A DNA stretch of 9,671 nt from a virus. Taxonomy: Duplodnaviria > Heunggongvirae > Uroviricota > Caudoviricetes. Every line of letters begins with the position of its first letter. The stretch's first letter is position 1. Below the pieces are notes generated by a model. It had not been told where the DNA came from. It was given only the letters and a program-made list of their open reading frames with translations, and ran no database searches. Location: the IMG/VR virus record IMGVR_UViG_2690316099_000017, one strand, 5' to 3'. Shown here in pieces: positions 1 through 7,986 of this stretch. Position numbers and translations under genes: made by a program.

Positions 1-15
1 ACACTAAATCAGTAA

Positions 16-528
16 GTTGGCAGCATCACCGGGGGCGCAGACCCTGATTATGTTATCTGGGCGAAAGAAGTTCAGGGTATTAACCGTGCATGGACTTTCA
101 GACACTGGAAAGGCACTGGAACGGTTGGCGTGATGGTGGCGACAAACGATCCGGAACGCCCGGCCCCGGATGAAAGCGTGATTAACGCAGTCAGGGACCA
201 CATCCTTCCTCTGGCACCTGTTGCCGGAAGCGGATTGTATGTATTCGGTGCCACAGAAAAAGTCATCCCGATGACGATTGCATTATCGAAAGACACACCG
301 CAGATCAGGACTGCAATAAAAGCAGAGCTGAATGCACTGATGTTACGGGATGGTGTGCCAGAGGGGCGTATGTATCTGTCCAGAATCAGTGAGGCCATCA
401 GTTTGTCTGCTGGTGAAGTGGCCCACCGGTTAATCGTCCCTTCATCGGATATTGACCTGGGGGAGACCGAGCTTCCGGTGCTCGGCGAGATCACCTGGCA
501 GGCTTATGACCCGGCAAGGAGTAAATAA
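16..528 (+). CDS. Baseplate J-like protein (Mu gp47 / P2 gpJ family), 3' portion only; upstream continuation blocked by in-frame TAA at 13-15
   Basis: Frame 1 is open from 16 to TAA at 526-528. The translation (…VQGINRAW…GTGTVGVMVATNDPERP…LGEITWQAYDPARSK) reads like a baseplate J C-terminal region, and it sits directly upstream of a gp48/DUF2313-like gene as in Mu/e14-type tail clusters. The internal GTG at 130 is the ORF-track start but gives a product too short for this family. Stop overlaps the next start (TAATG). Confidence 0.55.
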   Translation, partial: VGSITGGADPDYVIWAKEVQGINRAWTFRHWKGTGTVGVMVATNDPERPAPDESVINAVRDHILPLAPVAGSGLYVFGATEKVIPMTIALSKDTPQIRTAIKAELNALMLRDGVPEGRMYLSRISEAISLSAGEVAHRLIVPSSDIDLGETELPVLGEITWQAYDPARSK

Positions 529-1118
529 TGGATTCGTTACAGGATGATTATACAAAGCTGCTGTACGGACTGATGCCGCCGGGGCCTGCATGGTCAGATA
601 CCGACGGTGTACTTGACGGTCTGGCACCATCGCTTGTGCGTGTTCACCAGCGGGCTGATGAACTGGTGATTGAAATCGATCCCGGTCAGTCCACAGAGCT
701 GATTGAACGTTATGAAGAATTGTATGGTTTACCTGATTCCTGTTCCCCTGTCGGAACCCAGACATTACGCCAGCGTCAGCAACGTCTTGAAGCAAAAGCC
801 AATGTGGCTGGTGGCATAAATGAGCAGTTCTTCCTGGATCAGCTTGAGGCGCTGGGATATACCGGCGTAACGATCGAACAGTTCCAGCACTTGGATGCAA
901 GCCCCGATCCGGAATGGGGAGATCGCTGGCGTTATTTCTGGCGTGTGACGTTGCCGATGGATGCCGGTGCTCAGTGGCAGACATGCACGGACGCCTGCAA
1001 CACACCGATCCGGACGTGGGGGGATACGGTTGCGGAGTGCGTGATTAATAAATTATGTCCGTCACACACCGTCGTTTTATTTTCCTATCCAGATGAGGAT
1101 GAAGATGCACAGGATTGA
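528..1118 (+). CDS. Phage tail protein, DUF2313 / Mu gp48-like (YmfQ-like)
   Basis: 196-aa ORF with ATG at 528 overlapping the upstream stop (TAATG) and AAGGAG at 516-521 six nt upstream. Size and position between the J-like gene and the tail fiber match the gp48/YmfQ family; acidic C-terminus (…YPDEDEDAQD). Confidence 0.65.
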   Translation: MDSLQDDYTKLLYGLMPPGPAWSDTDGVLDGLAPSLVRVHQRADELVIEIDPGQSTELIERYEELYGLPDSCSPVGTQTLRQRQQRLEAKANVAGGINEQFFLDQLEALGYTGVTIEQFQHLDASPDPEWGDRWRYFWRVTLPMDAGAQWQTCTDACNTPIRTWGDTVAECVINKLCPSHTVVLFSYPDEDEDAQD

Positions 1119-2145
1119 TACGCTGACTGCGGTAAAAGATAAGTTTGGTCCGGGTAAGAACGGATTTACTGACGGAAATCTTCGCACAGGACGTCTTGCT
1201 ACCTGGCTGAACAGTGCCATGTGGAATGCCATTCAGGAGGAAATCTGTGGTGTCATTGAGAAGGCCGGGATAGAACTGAATAAAGAAGAACACGACCAGC
1301 TATATAAGGCTATATTATTGCTGGTGGGCGGTGCAATTAACGAAGAGGCATTGCTGATAAAAAATAACCTTTCGGATGTGGAAGACAGGGATGAGGCTGT
1401 TGAAAACCTCGGATTAAAACCCACGGTGGATAAGGCAAAAAATGCCGTTCAGCGTGATGGCGACACCATGACCGGAGAGCTGAAAATCCGTGGTGTTAAT
1501 GCGCTGAGGATTTTCAACGAAGCTTTTGGCCTGATTTTTCGTCGTTCGGAAGAGTGCCTGCACCTTATTCCCACCAGTGAAGGTCAGGGGGAAAATGGCG
1601 ATATTGGTCCCCTGCGCCCGTTCACCATTAATCTGCGGACGGGTGAAATATCCATGTCGCATAAAGTGTCTGTTGGCGGTGGTTCGCAGGTCAATGGTGC
1701 GCTGGGTATCGGCGTTCAGAACGCCCTGGGGGGGAATTCAATTGTTCTTGGTGATAATGACACCGGATTCAAACAGAATGGTGATGGCCTGCTGGATGTT
1801 TATGCCAATAGCGTGCATGTGTTGCGTTTTCAGAGTGGCAGTATCCAGAGTAATAAAGCTGTAAACGTTACAGGACGGGTAACACCGTCAGACTACGGAA
1901 ACTTTGATGCCCGTTACCAGCAGCGAAATGGTGGCGTGCAGGATGTGCGGTATGGTTATGAAATGTATTACACCCCCGGCAGTAACACCGTTTCGTGGAC
2001 ATTTCGCTCACCTTCGGGACACGGGCTGTCAGGGATATCGATATCGGATACCGGCCGTAACTCAGCGGATAACGTCAACGGCGTGTATTACCGACCGCTG
2101 CAAAAACTGATTAATGGCACCTGGTATAACGTAGCGAGTATTTAA
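1105..2145 (+). CDS. Phage tail fiber protein with P2 gpH-like C-terminal region
   Basis: The ORF is open from 1093; the ATG at 1105 is preferred because GAGGA lies at 1095-1099, five nt upstream. The C-terminal part (…NALGGNSIVLGDNDTGFKQNGDGLLDVYANS…GNFDARY…RPLQKLINGTWYNVASI) closely resembles the P2 gpH / lambdoid tail fiber C-terminus as I remember it; the N-terminus carries an ATWLN…QEEI motif seen in tail-fiber N-termini. Confidence 0.8.
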   Translation: MHRIDTLTAVKDKFGPGKNGFTDGNLRTGRLATWLNSAMWNAIQEEICGVIEKAGIELNKEEHDQLYKAILLLVGGAINEEALLIKNNLSDVEDRDEAVENLGLKPTVDKAKNAVQRDGDTMTGELKIRGVNALRIFNEAFGLIFRRSEECLHLIPTSEGQGENGDIGPLRPFTINLRTGEISMSHKVSVGGGSQVNGALGIGVQNALGGNSIVLGDNDTGFKQNGDGLLDVYANSVHVLRFQSGSIQSNKAVNVTGRVTPSDYGNFDARYQQRNGGVQDVRYGYEMYYTPGSNTVSWTFRSPSGHGLSGISISDTGRNSADNVNGVYYRPLQKLINGTWYNVASI

Positions 2146-2147
2146 CA

Positions 2148-2693
2148 ATGTTGCATTTAAAAAATATTACGGCAGGTAATCCGAAAACCGCGGAATAATA
2201 TCAGCTGACAAAACAGTATGATGTCACCTGGCTTTTTTCGGAAGACGGCAAAAACTGGTATGAAGAACAGAAGAACTTTGCCAGTGACACCATAAAAATG
2301 GTTTACACCGGAGACGGGCGCGTGGTGTGGGTCGGTAAGGATGTGACAGGCATTGAACCCCGTAACGCCAGTGTTATTGAAGTTCCTGATATTACCGCCA
2401 ACCGCCGCATTACCGCGCCGGGTTACTGGTTTTACCGCAATGATGAATTTGTCTTTGACTACAGACTCAAAGCGGAAGATGAGCGTGATGCCCTTCTGGC
2501 TCAGGTCAGTGCCCGGACAGGGGAATGGGAAGAAGACCTGCTGCTGGGGCTAATCAGCGACGAAGACCGGGAAAAACTGAAAGCGTACCGTATTTACGCG
2601 AAATCGCTGCAGGCGATGGATTTCAGCACCATCACTGATAAATCCTCATATAACGCCATTGAATGGTCCGTCTCTCCGGAAGGTTCTTCCTGA
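2148..2693 (+). pseudogene. Tail fiber assembly protein (TfaR/TfaE family) interrupted by in-frame ochre stop at codon 17 (TAA 2196-2198)
   Basis: ATG at 2148 gives MLHLKNITAGNPKTAE, then TAA, then the same frame continues as YQLTKQYDVTWLFSEDGKNWYEEQKNF…VIEVPDITANRR… to TGA 2691-2693. Family members read …KTKEQYQLTK… here, so GAA-TAA corresponds to E-Q (CAA) in homologs. The first in-frame ATG after the stop is at 2298. Confidence 0.75.
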
Positions 2694-2716
2694 TTTAATT
2701 TATCGCGAGAAAAACT

Positions 2717-3985
2717 ATGTCTGTAGTGATATCAGGTGCGCTGACTGATGGCGCAGGCATCCCCATGTCCGGATGCCAGATTATTCTGAAATCCCGTGTA
2801 AACACCTCAGAAGTGGTGATGCGTACCAGGGCTGATGTAGTGACCGGAAATAACGGTGAATATTCGTTTGAGGCACAGGTCGGAAAATATTGCGTGTATC
2901 TGAAACGGGACTGGCGCGACGAGTACTGTGTTGGCGACATTGCTGTATACGACGACTCAAAGCCCGGCACGCTGAATGACTTTCTGATTGCTCCTGATGA
3001 GGGCGACCTGAAACCGGATGTCGTCAAACGCTTTGAGGAAATGGTGGCGCAGGCGCAGCAGAGCGCCGGGGCCGCAGCCGGAAACGCACAGCAGACGGCG
3101 CAGGATGTGGCGGCAGCCGCAGGTTATGCCCGCGCAGCAGAGCAGGCCAAAAATGACATTGATGCTGCGCTGACCGGCACTCTGAAAACGGCTAACCATC
3201 TGTCTGAAATCGCAGCAGCAGGCGAAAAGGCACAACAGAAGTCCCGGGATAATCTGGGGCTGAAAAGTGCGGCCACGATGGAAGCACAGAGCGACATTTA
3301 CGACCGGACAAAAGGCCGTCTGGCGATACCCGGCGCATTCGGCTTTGGGTGTGCTTTTCTGCCTGAAGATGTTATCCGTTTTGACACTAAGAGTGATTTC
3401 CTGGCCTGGGTAAGGAATGCGCTGCCAGGTGAATATTCCGTTGCTGGCCCCTACGACATCATCATACCCGACACACGGTTTGAAGGGGTGCTCAGCATCC
3501 GGTGGACTGATGCACGCCCTGAGACAACAGAACCGAGGTACAGAGCCAAATCCCTTACTTTTTACGGCATTAACGGCCCCATTTATCACACCCGCTACTG
3601 CTACTGGCCCATATCCAGACTGACTGGCTGGGTGAAAATAAATATAACCACAGAAGATATTATTTACAGAATCGTGGCGAGCTCTGTCTGCAACAGATGG
3701 GGAGACCCTGACATTGGCGGGCTGATTATTGCTGCGTACCAGGGAGAAGCTGACGGTGATAAAGTCATCAGACTTGTCAGGGGGCAGTCATACAGAGGCT
3801 CACGACTGGGACCGGTGGGGATTTCAGTGCCCAGTACTCCCACCGGAACGTATATAGCATCCCCACAATTTTTCATTACGGGATGTTCAGAGCATTCATT
3901 ACCGGGGTCATATAGCGCCCTGTCCGGGGTGCCGGATGCTCATGTCTCTGGCGCAATGCCCGGGCTTTTTATTCGCACATCGTGA
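2717..3985 (+). CDS. Side tail fiber protein, lambda Stf-like N-terminal domain with Ala/Gln-rich linker and a divergent C-terminal domain
   Basis: 422-aa ORF. The N-terminus (MSVVISGALTDGAGIPMSGCQIILKSR…VYDDSKPGTLNDFL…) parallels the lambda Stf / StfR N-terminus (MAVKISGVLKDGTGKPVQNCTIQLKAR…VYEDSQPGTLNDFL). This is followed by an alanine-rich segment (…QQSAGAAAGNAQQTAQDVAAAAGYARAAEQAKNDIDAAL…) and a roughly 200-aa Cys-containing C-terminal region that I do not recognise. Confidence 0.75.
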   Translation: MSVVISGALTDGAGIPMSGCQIILKSRVNTSEVVMRTRADVVTGNNGEYSFEAQVGKYCVYLKRDWRDEYCVGDIAVYDDSKPGTLNDFLIAPDEGDLKPDVVKRFEEMVAQAQQSAGAAAGNAQQTAQDVAAAAGYARAAEQAKNDIDAALTGTLKTANHLSEIAAAGEKAQQKSRDNLGLKSAATMEAQSDIYDRTKGRLAIPGAFGFGCAFLPEDVIRFDTKSDFLAWVRNALPGEYSVAGPYDIIIPDTRFEGVLSIRWTDARPETTEPRYRAKSLTFYGINGPIYHTRYCYWPISRLTGWVKINITTEDIIYRIVASSVCNRWGDPDIGGLIIAAYQGEADGDKVIRLVRGQSYRGSRLGPVGISVPSTPTGTYIASPQFFITGCSEHSLPGSYSALSGVPDAHVSGAMPGLFIRTS

Positions 3986-3995
3986 GGAATGCACC

Positions 3996-4559
3996 GTGGA
4001 AATTAAAAAAATCATTAATCCCCGTTATACCGAAAGTGGCGCAGTAGACTGTGACGTTTTTTTTGACGACAGGGACCAGGCAGTCCCCTACACAGCCACC
4101 GCTGATGATGTCGCACCGACGGGTCAGCGAATCTGGCAGGAACTGCAAAGTGGCAAATGGGGTGAGATAGCCCCATTCACTGTGACACCAGAAATGCTGG
4201 AAGCGGCCAGAGAGGCCAGACGTCAGGAAATTGAAGCATGGCGCACAGAACAGGAGGCGAAGCCGTTCACGTTTGAATGGAACGGTCGTATCTGGAATGC
4301 TGGCCCCAACTCACTGGGCCGCCTTTATCCGGTGGTAATGGCTGCGAAATCCGACATTGTACGGGACGTGATGACGTGGGGTGATGCCGATAATCAGCAG
4401 GTGAAACTGTCGATGCCGGAACTGGAAGAACTGGCGGCAGCAATGGCTCAGGCACAGGTTGAGCGCAATGACGAGATTTATCGCCGTCAGCGGGAGCTGA
4501 AGGAAGAGCTGAATAGTCTGAAGGATTTGAATTCGGTTAGGAATTTTATCGTGGAATAA
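3996..4559 (+). CDS. Putative tail fiber chaperone / assembly-like protein (DUF4376-like), phage accessory
   Basis: The ORF is open from 3936 but a GTG at 3996 has GAGGAA at 3984-3989, six nt upstream, and begins just after the Stf stop (3983-3985). The C-terminal half (…FEWNGRIWNAGPNSLGRL…WGDADNQQVKLSMPELEELAAAMAQAQVERNDEIYRRQRELKEEL…) resembles small proteins encoded downstream of prophage tail fibers. Family assignment is from memory and not certain. Confidence 0.5.
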   Translation: MEIKKIINPRYTESGAVDCDVFFDDRDQAVPYTATADDVAPTGQRIWQELQSGKWGEIAPFTVTPEMLEAAREARRQEIEAWRTEQEAKPFTFEWNGRIWNAGPNSLGRLYPVVMAAKSDIVRDVMTWGDADNQQVKLSMPELEELAAAMAQAQVERNDEIYRRQRELKEELNSLKDLNSVRNFIVE

Positions 4560-4567
4560 CAGAAGCT

Positions 4568-4596
4568 GCGGCACGTCGTATGCAGGAACGTGCCGC
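4568..4596. other. GC-rich perfect inverted repeat (9-bp stem GCGGCACGT / ACGTGCCGC, 11-nt loop) at the end of the phage block; candidate transcript-end stem-loop
   Basis: Seen directly: 4568-4576 is the reverse complement of 4588-4596. No strong T-tract follows on the + strand; the - strand has a U-rich run after the stem (…AGCUUCUGUUAUUCC). Confidence 0.4.
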
Positions 4597-4759
4597 GGTT
4601 GGCTGGTAAACTTTCGATAGTGCGAGTATTGAATGATTTCTAGGCGTTATCGATTTTACGTATTTTTTGCATGATAGAATTCGTACCTCCTCCCAACGAC
4701 CTTCCATGGCTTTCCGGACTTCTGTAGGCTGGCGGACGATGCTGTCCTCGGATGTTGTG

Positions 4760-5617
4760 CTAATTGGGTGATAACAGATCCTGTGTATGGGCGTTTCCCT
4801 TTGTGCGTGCGTTGATGCTGGTAACGGTAAACGTCATGATGAACACGACCGCGAATAAGACGACAATCGTCGGAGCTGGTGCGCTGTCGATAAAAAAGGA
4901 CAGCCAGACACCAGTCATTGACACTATTACCGATATGCCAGTCGCCAGTAGGAGCGCAATATGAAAGCGTTGTGTCAGGAGTACTGCAATGGCGCCAGGC
5001 GCAATGAGCAGAGAAATAGAGAGAATGATACCTACTGCTTTCAGCGTCGCCACAATGGTCAGGGAAACCATGCACAGCAGCCCATAATGCAGCCATCTCG
5101 TATGCAAACCGCTTACCTGCGCCTGTTGATAATCAAAGCTGAACAGCAAAAAATCCCGCCATTTTGCGCTAATAACAAGTGTAACCAGCCCGGCAATAAT
5201 CACCGTCTGGATTATATCGCCGATGGTTATCCCGAGCATGTCGCCGAAAAGAATATGGTCAAGATGTACGTCTGGTTTGATTGCAATATACAAGATCAGA
5301 CCTGCGGCAAACATGCCAGAAAAAACAATCCCCATAACTGTATCTTGCTTGATTCGGCTGTTGTCTTTCAGGTATCCCGTCGCCACCGCGCAGAATACTC
5401 CGGCGACGAATGCCCCTGTAGCCAGAGGTAACCCCAGAATCCAGGTAAGCACGATGCCAGGAAAAACCGCATGACTCATCGCGTCACCCATCAGTGCCCA
5501 ACCTTTCAGGACCAGAAAGACCGACAGCAGCGCACAGGGTATGGAAACTACCAGTGAAATCAGCAGTGCGTGACTCATAAAGGTGAACTGCAGTGGCTCC
5601 AGTAATAATGCCATCAT
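4760..5617 (-). CDS. sitD: Mn/Fe ABC transporter permease SitD
   Basis: 285-aa ORF with multiple hydrophobic spans (MMALLLEPLQFTFMSHALLISL…LKGWALMGDAMSHAVFPG…), characteristic of the TroCD/SitCD permease family. ATG at 5617-5615 overlaps the sitC TGA (ATGA overlap) and GGAGGA lies six nt upstream. Stop TAG at 4762-4760. Confidence 0.9.
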   Translation of the reverse strand: MMALLLEPLQFTFMSHALLISLVVSIPCALLSVFLVLKGWALMGDAMSHAVFPGIVLTWILGLPLATGAFVAGVFCAVATGYLKDNSRIKQDTVMGIVFSGMFAAGLILYIAIKPDVHLDHILFGDMLGITIGDIIQTVIIAGLVTLVISAKWRDFLLFSFDYQQAQVSGLHTRWLHYGLLCMVSLTIVATLKAVGIILSISLLIAPGAIAVLLTQRFHIALLLATGISVIVSMTGVWLSFFIDSAPAPTIVVLFAVVFIMTFTVTSINARTKGNAHTQDLLSPN

Positions 5618-6506
5618 GAGCGATCCTCCAGCGCTTTATGCGCACGCCGACGATTTGCCAAAAGTCCATGGGTGGGCGCAAATACAAATGCTAAAAGAAA
5701 CAGCAGTGTCTGCGCCACCACGATGATTCCACCTGTCGCGCCGTCCAGAAAGTAACTGACCCACGCGCCGAGGAAACTGGTTACACTGCCAATAGTTACA
5801 GCAATTATGAGCAGGCGGGGAAAACGATCGGTTAACAACCATGCTGTTGCACCGGGAGTCACCACCAGACAGATCACCAGAAAGGCACCAACCGTTTGCA
5901 GCGCCGCAACGGTCGAAACCGACAGCAGGGTGAAGAAGAGGATTTTTAATCTGCCCGGATGTAATCCAATAGCACGGGCGTGATTCTCGTCGAAAAAGGT
6001 CACCATAAGATCTTTCCATTTGAAAAAAAGCACGATGATCGAGAGAATGCCAATGATAGTGAGTTGCAGGATATCCGCCGGATCGATTGCCAGAATATTG
6101 CCCAGGACGATGGTCTGAATGTTCACGGATGTCGGGTTCAATGACACCATAAACAGCCCCAGGCCAAAAAAGGACGAGAAGATCAGGCCGATGATGGCAT
6201 CTTCTTTTAAGCGGGTGCGTTGGTTAAGAAACAGCATGCTGCCCGCTGCCAGTCCGCCGGAAAAGAAGGCTCCCAGAGAAAACGGAAGCCCCAGCATATA
6301 TGCCCCCGCAACACCCGGGACAATAGAGTGCGACNNNNNNNNNNNNNNNNNNNNNNNNNNNNNNNNNNNNGCGCATCGCCAATCAGCGACCAGCCTTTTA
6401 GCATCAGATAGCATGACAGGAAAGCGCAGAGACCGCCGACCATTGCCGAGACCCACATCGCATTGAGCATATATTCATAGCTGAAGGGTTCCAGTAGCAC
6501 GTTCAT
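5614..6506 (-). CDS. sitC: Mn/Fe ABC transporter permease SitC (interrupted by N run 6335-6370; frame not conserved across the run)
   Basis: The start ATG at 6506-6504 (MNVLLEPFSYEYMLNAMW…LKGWSLIGDA) lies in one frame; after the N run the protein continues (SHSIVPGVAGAYMLGLPF… to TGA 5616-5614) in a different frame. It is paralogous to SitD along its whole length. Confidence 0.85.
6335..6370. other. N run 1 (36 nt) inside sitC
   Basis: Unresolved bases; flanking codons imply the true length is 1 mod 3, so the run length is not faithful or the gene is disrupted. Confidence 0.95.
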
Positions 6507-6508
6507 CT

Positions 6509-6552
6509 NNNNNNNNNNNNNNNNNNNNNNNNNNNNNNNNNNNNNNNNNNNN
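6509..6552. other. N run 2 (44 nt) covering the sitB 3' end and the sitB-sitC junction
   Basis: Unresolved bases; the sitB stop and the sitC ribosome-binding site must lie inside. Confidence 0.95.
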
Positions 6553-7361
6553 ACCGCTGACGGTCGATGTGCCACAAAAGGGCGTTCATCGTCAGTAATA
6601 ATGCTTTCTTCCGAGTCGTTAAGTGTGACATGGCGCAGTACGCCGCTAAAAGCCAGCTCCAGGTTCTCGGCTGTAAAAGTGGTGTCTGTCGGCCCGCTTG
6701 CCAGGACGGTGCCTTTGACCATGACCGTATAATCGCAAAATGTCGTGACTGAGCCGAGATTGTGCGTTGAGACAAGCATCGTTTTGCCTTCCGCGCGTAA
6801 CTCCCTCAACAGGCTGATGATTTTCGCTTCGGTTTTCACATCAACGCCGGTAAAAGGTTCATCCAGCAGGATCACATCACCCTGCTGTGCAATCGCTCTC
6901 GCCAGAAAGACGCGTTTCTTTTGTCCACCGGAAAGCTCGCCGATTTGACGATGGCGAAAATCCACCATATCGACACGTTCCAGCGCATCGGTGACAATCT
7001 GACGATCCCTCTTTTTGGCTATACGCAACATACCCATATGCCCATAGCGGCCCATCATCACCACATCTTCCACCAGTACAGGAAATGACCAGTCAACCTC
7101 TTCTGACTGAGGGACGTAGGCAACCAGGTTTTTCTGTAGCGCCTGTCGCGTGGGAATACCCAGAACAGATATCTTTCCGCTGGTCAGACGCACAAATCCC
7201 ATAATCGCTTTAAACAACGTCGATTTTCCGGAACCGTTTACCCCAACCAGAGCGGCAATAGATCCACTTGGTACTGTGAAGGATGCATCGCGCAGTGCTG
7301 TGTGCCCGTTACGCCAGGTGACAGTAACATCATTAACGACAATGCCTGCAGATTGCATCAT
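6553..7361 (-). CDS. sitB: Mn/Fe ABC transporter ATP-binding protein SitB (3' end masked by N run 6509-6552)
   Basis: ATG at 7361-7359 overlaps the sitA stop (TAATG). Walker A (GVNGSGKST), ABC signature (LSGGQKKR) and Walker B (ILLDEP) are present. 269 residues are readable before the N run; the stop is hidden. Confidence 0.9.
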
Positions 7362-7986
7362 TATTTCTCCCTTTTCCCGGCTTTAATTCCCTGTACCAGC
7401 GTACTGGTAGTAACCTTAAGAAGGTCGATATACGTAGGTACCGGGCCGTTTTCTGTGCTCAGGGAATCGACATAGAGCACACCGCCGTAGTGTGCGCCGG
7501 TTTCACGCGCAACCTGACGCGCTGGTTTATCGGAAATCGTACTCTCGCTAAAGACTGCCGGGATATGATTTTTCTTAACTATATCAACAACCTTACGTAC
7601 CTGCTGCGGTGTTCCTTGTTGATCGGCATTAATCGGCNNNNNNNNNNNNNNNNNNNNNNNNNNNNNNNNNNNNNNNNNNNNNNNNNNNNNNNNNNNNNNN
7701 NNNNNNNNNNNNNNNNNNNNNNNNNNNNNNNNNNNNNNNNNNNNNNNNNNNNNNNNNNNNNNNNNNNNNNNNNNNNNNNNNNNNNNNNNNNNNNNNNNNN
7801 NNNNNNNNNNNNNNNNNNNNNNNNNNNNNNNNNNNNNNNNNNNNNNNNNNNNNNNNNNNNNNNNNNNNNNNNNNNNNNNNNNNNNNNNNNNNNNNNNNNN
7901 NNNNNNNNNNNNNNNNNNNNNNNNNNNNNNNNNNNNNNNNNNNNNNNNNTAAATCAGAGCATTATCTGGCGACATCCATGCATGGG
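7361..7986 (-). CDS. sitA: Periplasmic Mn/Fe-binding protein SitA, 3' portion plus one internal island; 5' end and start masked
   Basis: The readable C-terminal 91 aa (…[60 protein letters not shown]…GKREK, stop TAA 7363-7361) fit the TroA/PsaA/SitA family. The 37-nt island 7950-7986 encodes [11 protein letters not shown] in the same frame, the conserved metal-ligand His motif. The true start lies within or beyond N run 4. Confidence 0.8.
7638..7949. other. N run 3 (312 nt) inside sitA
   Basis: Unresolved bases. Confidence 0.95.

Noticed and set aside
442-1005. 187-aa - strand ORF (also 72-494 and 1045-1293) antisense to the J-like/gp48-like genes
   Set aside because: They overlap well-supported + strand genes, show no recognisable family features and have Arg/Pro/His-rich antisense-type composition.
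2957-3589. 210-aa Cys-rich - strand ORF (also 3664-3876) inside the side tail fiber gene
   Set aside because: It is antisense to an Ala/Gln-rich coding region, which typically yields open Cys/Arg-rich reverse frames; no start context.
1105-4559. Pin/Gin-type invertible tail-fiber segment (shufflon)
   Set aside because: All fiber and chaperone genes are on the same strand, and there are no inverted duplicate C-terminal fiber segments and no invertase gene in the readable window.
4656-5431. ORFs 4656-5096 (-), 4961-5431 (+) and 5223-5474 (+) overlapping sitD
   Set aside because: They are alternative frames or antisense of a well-supported permease gene.
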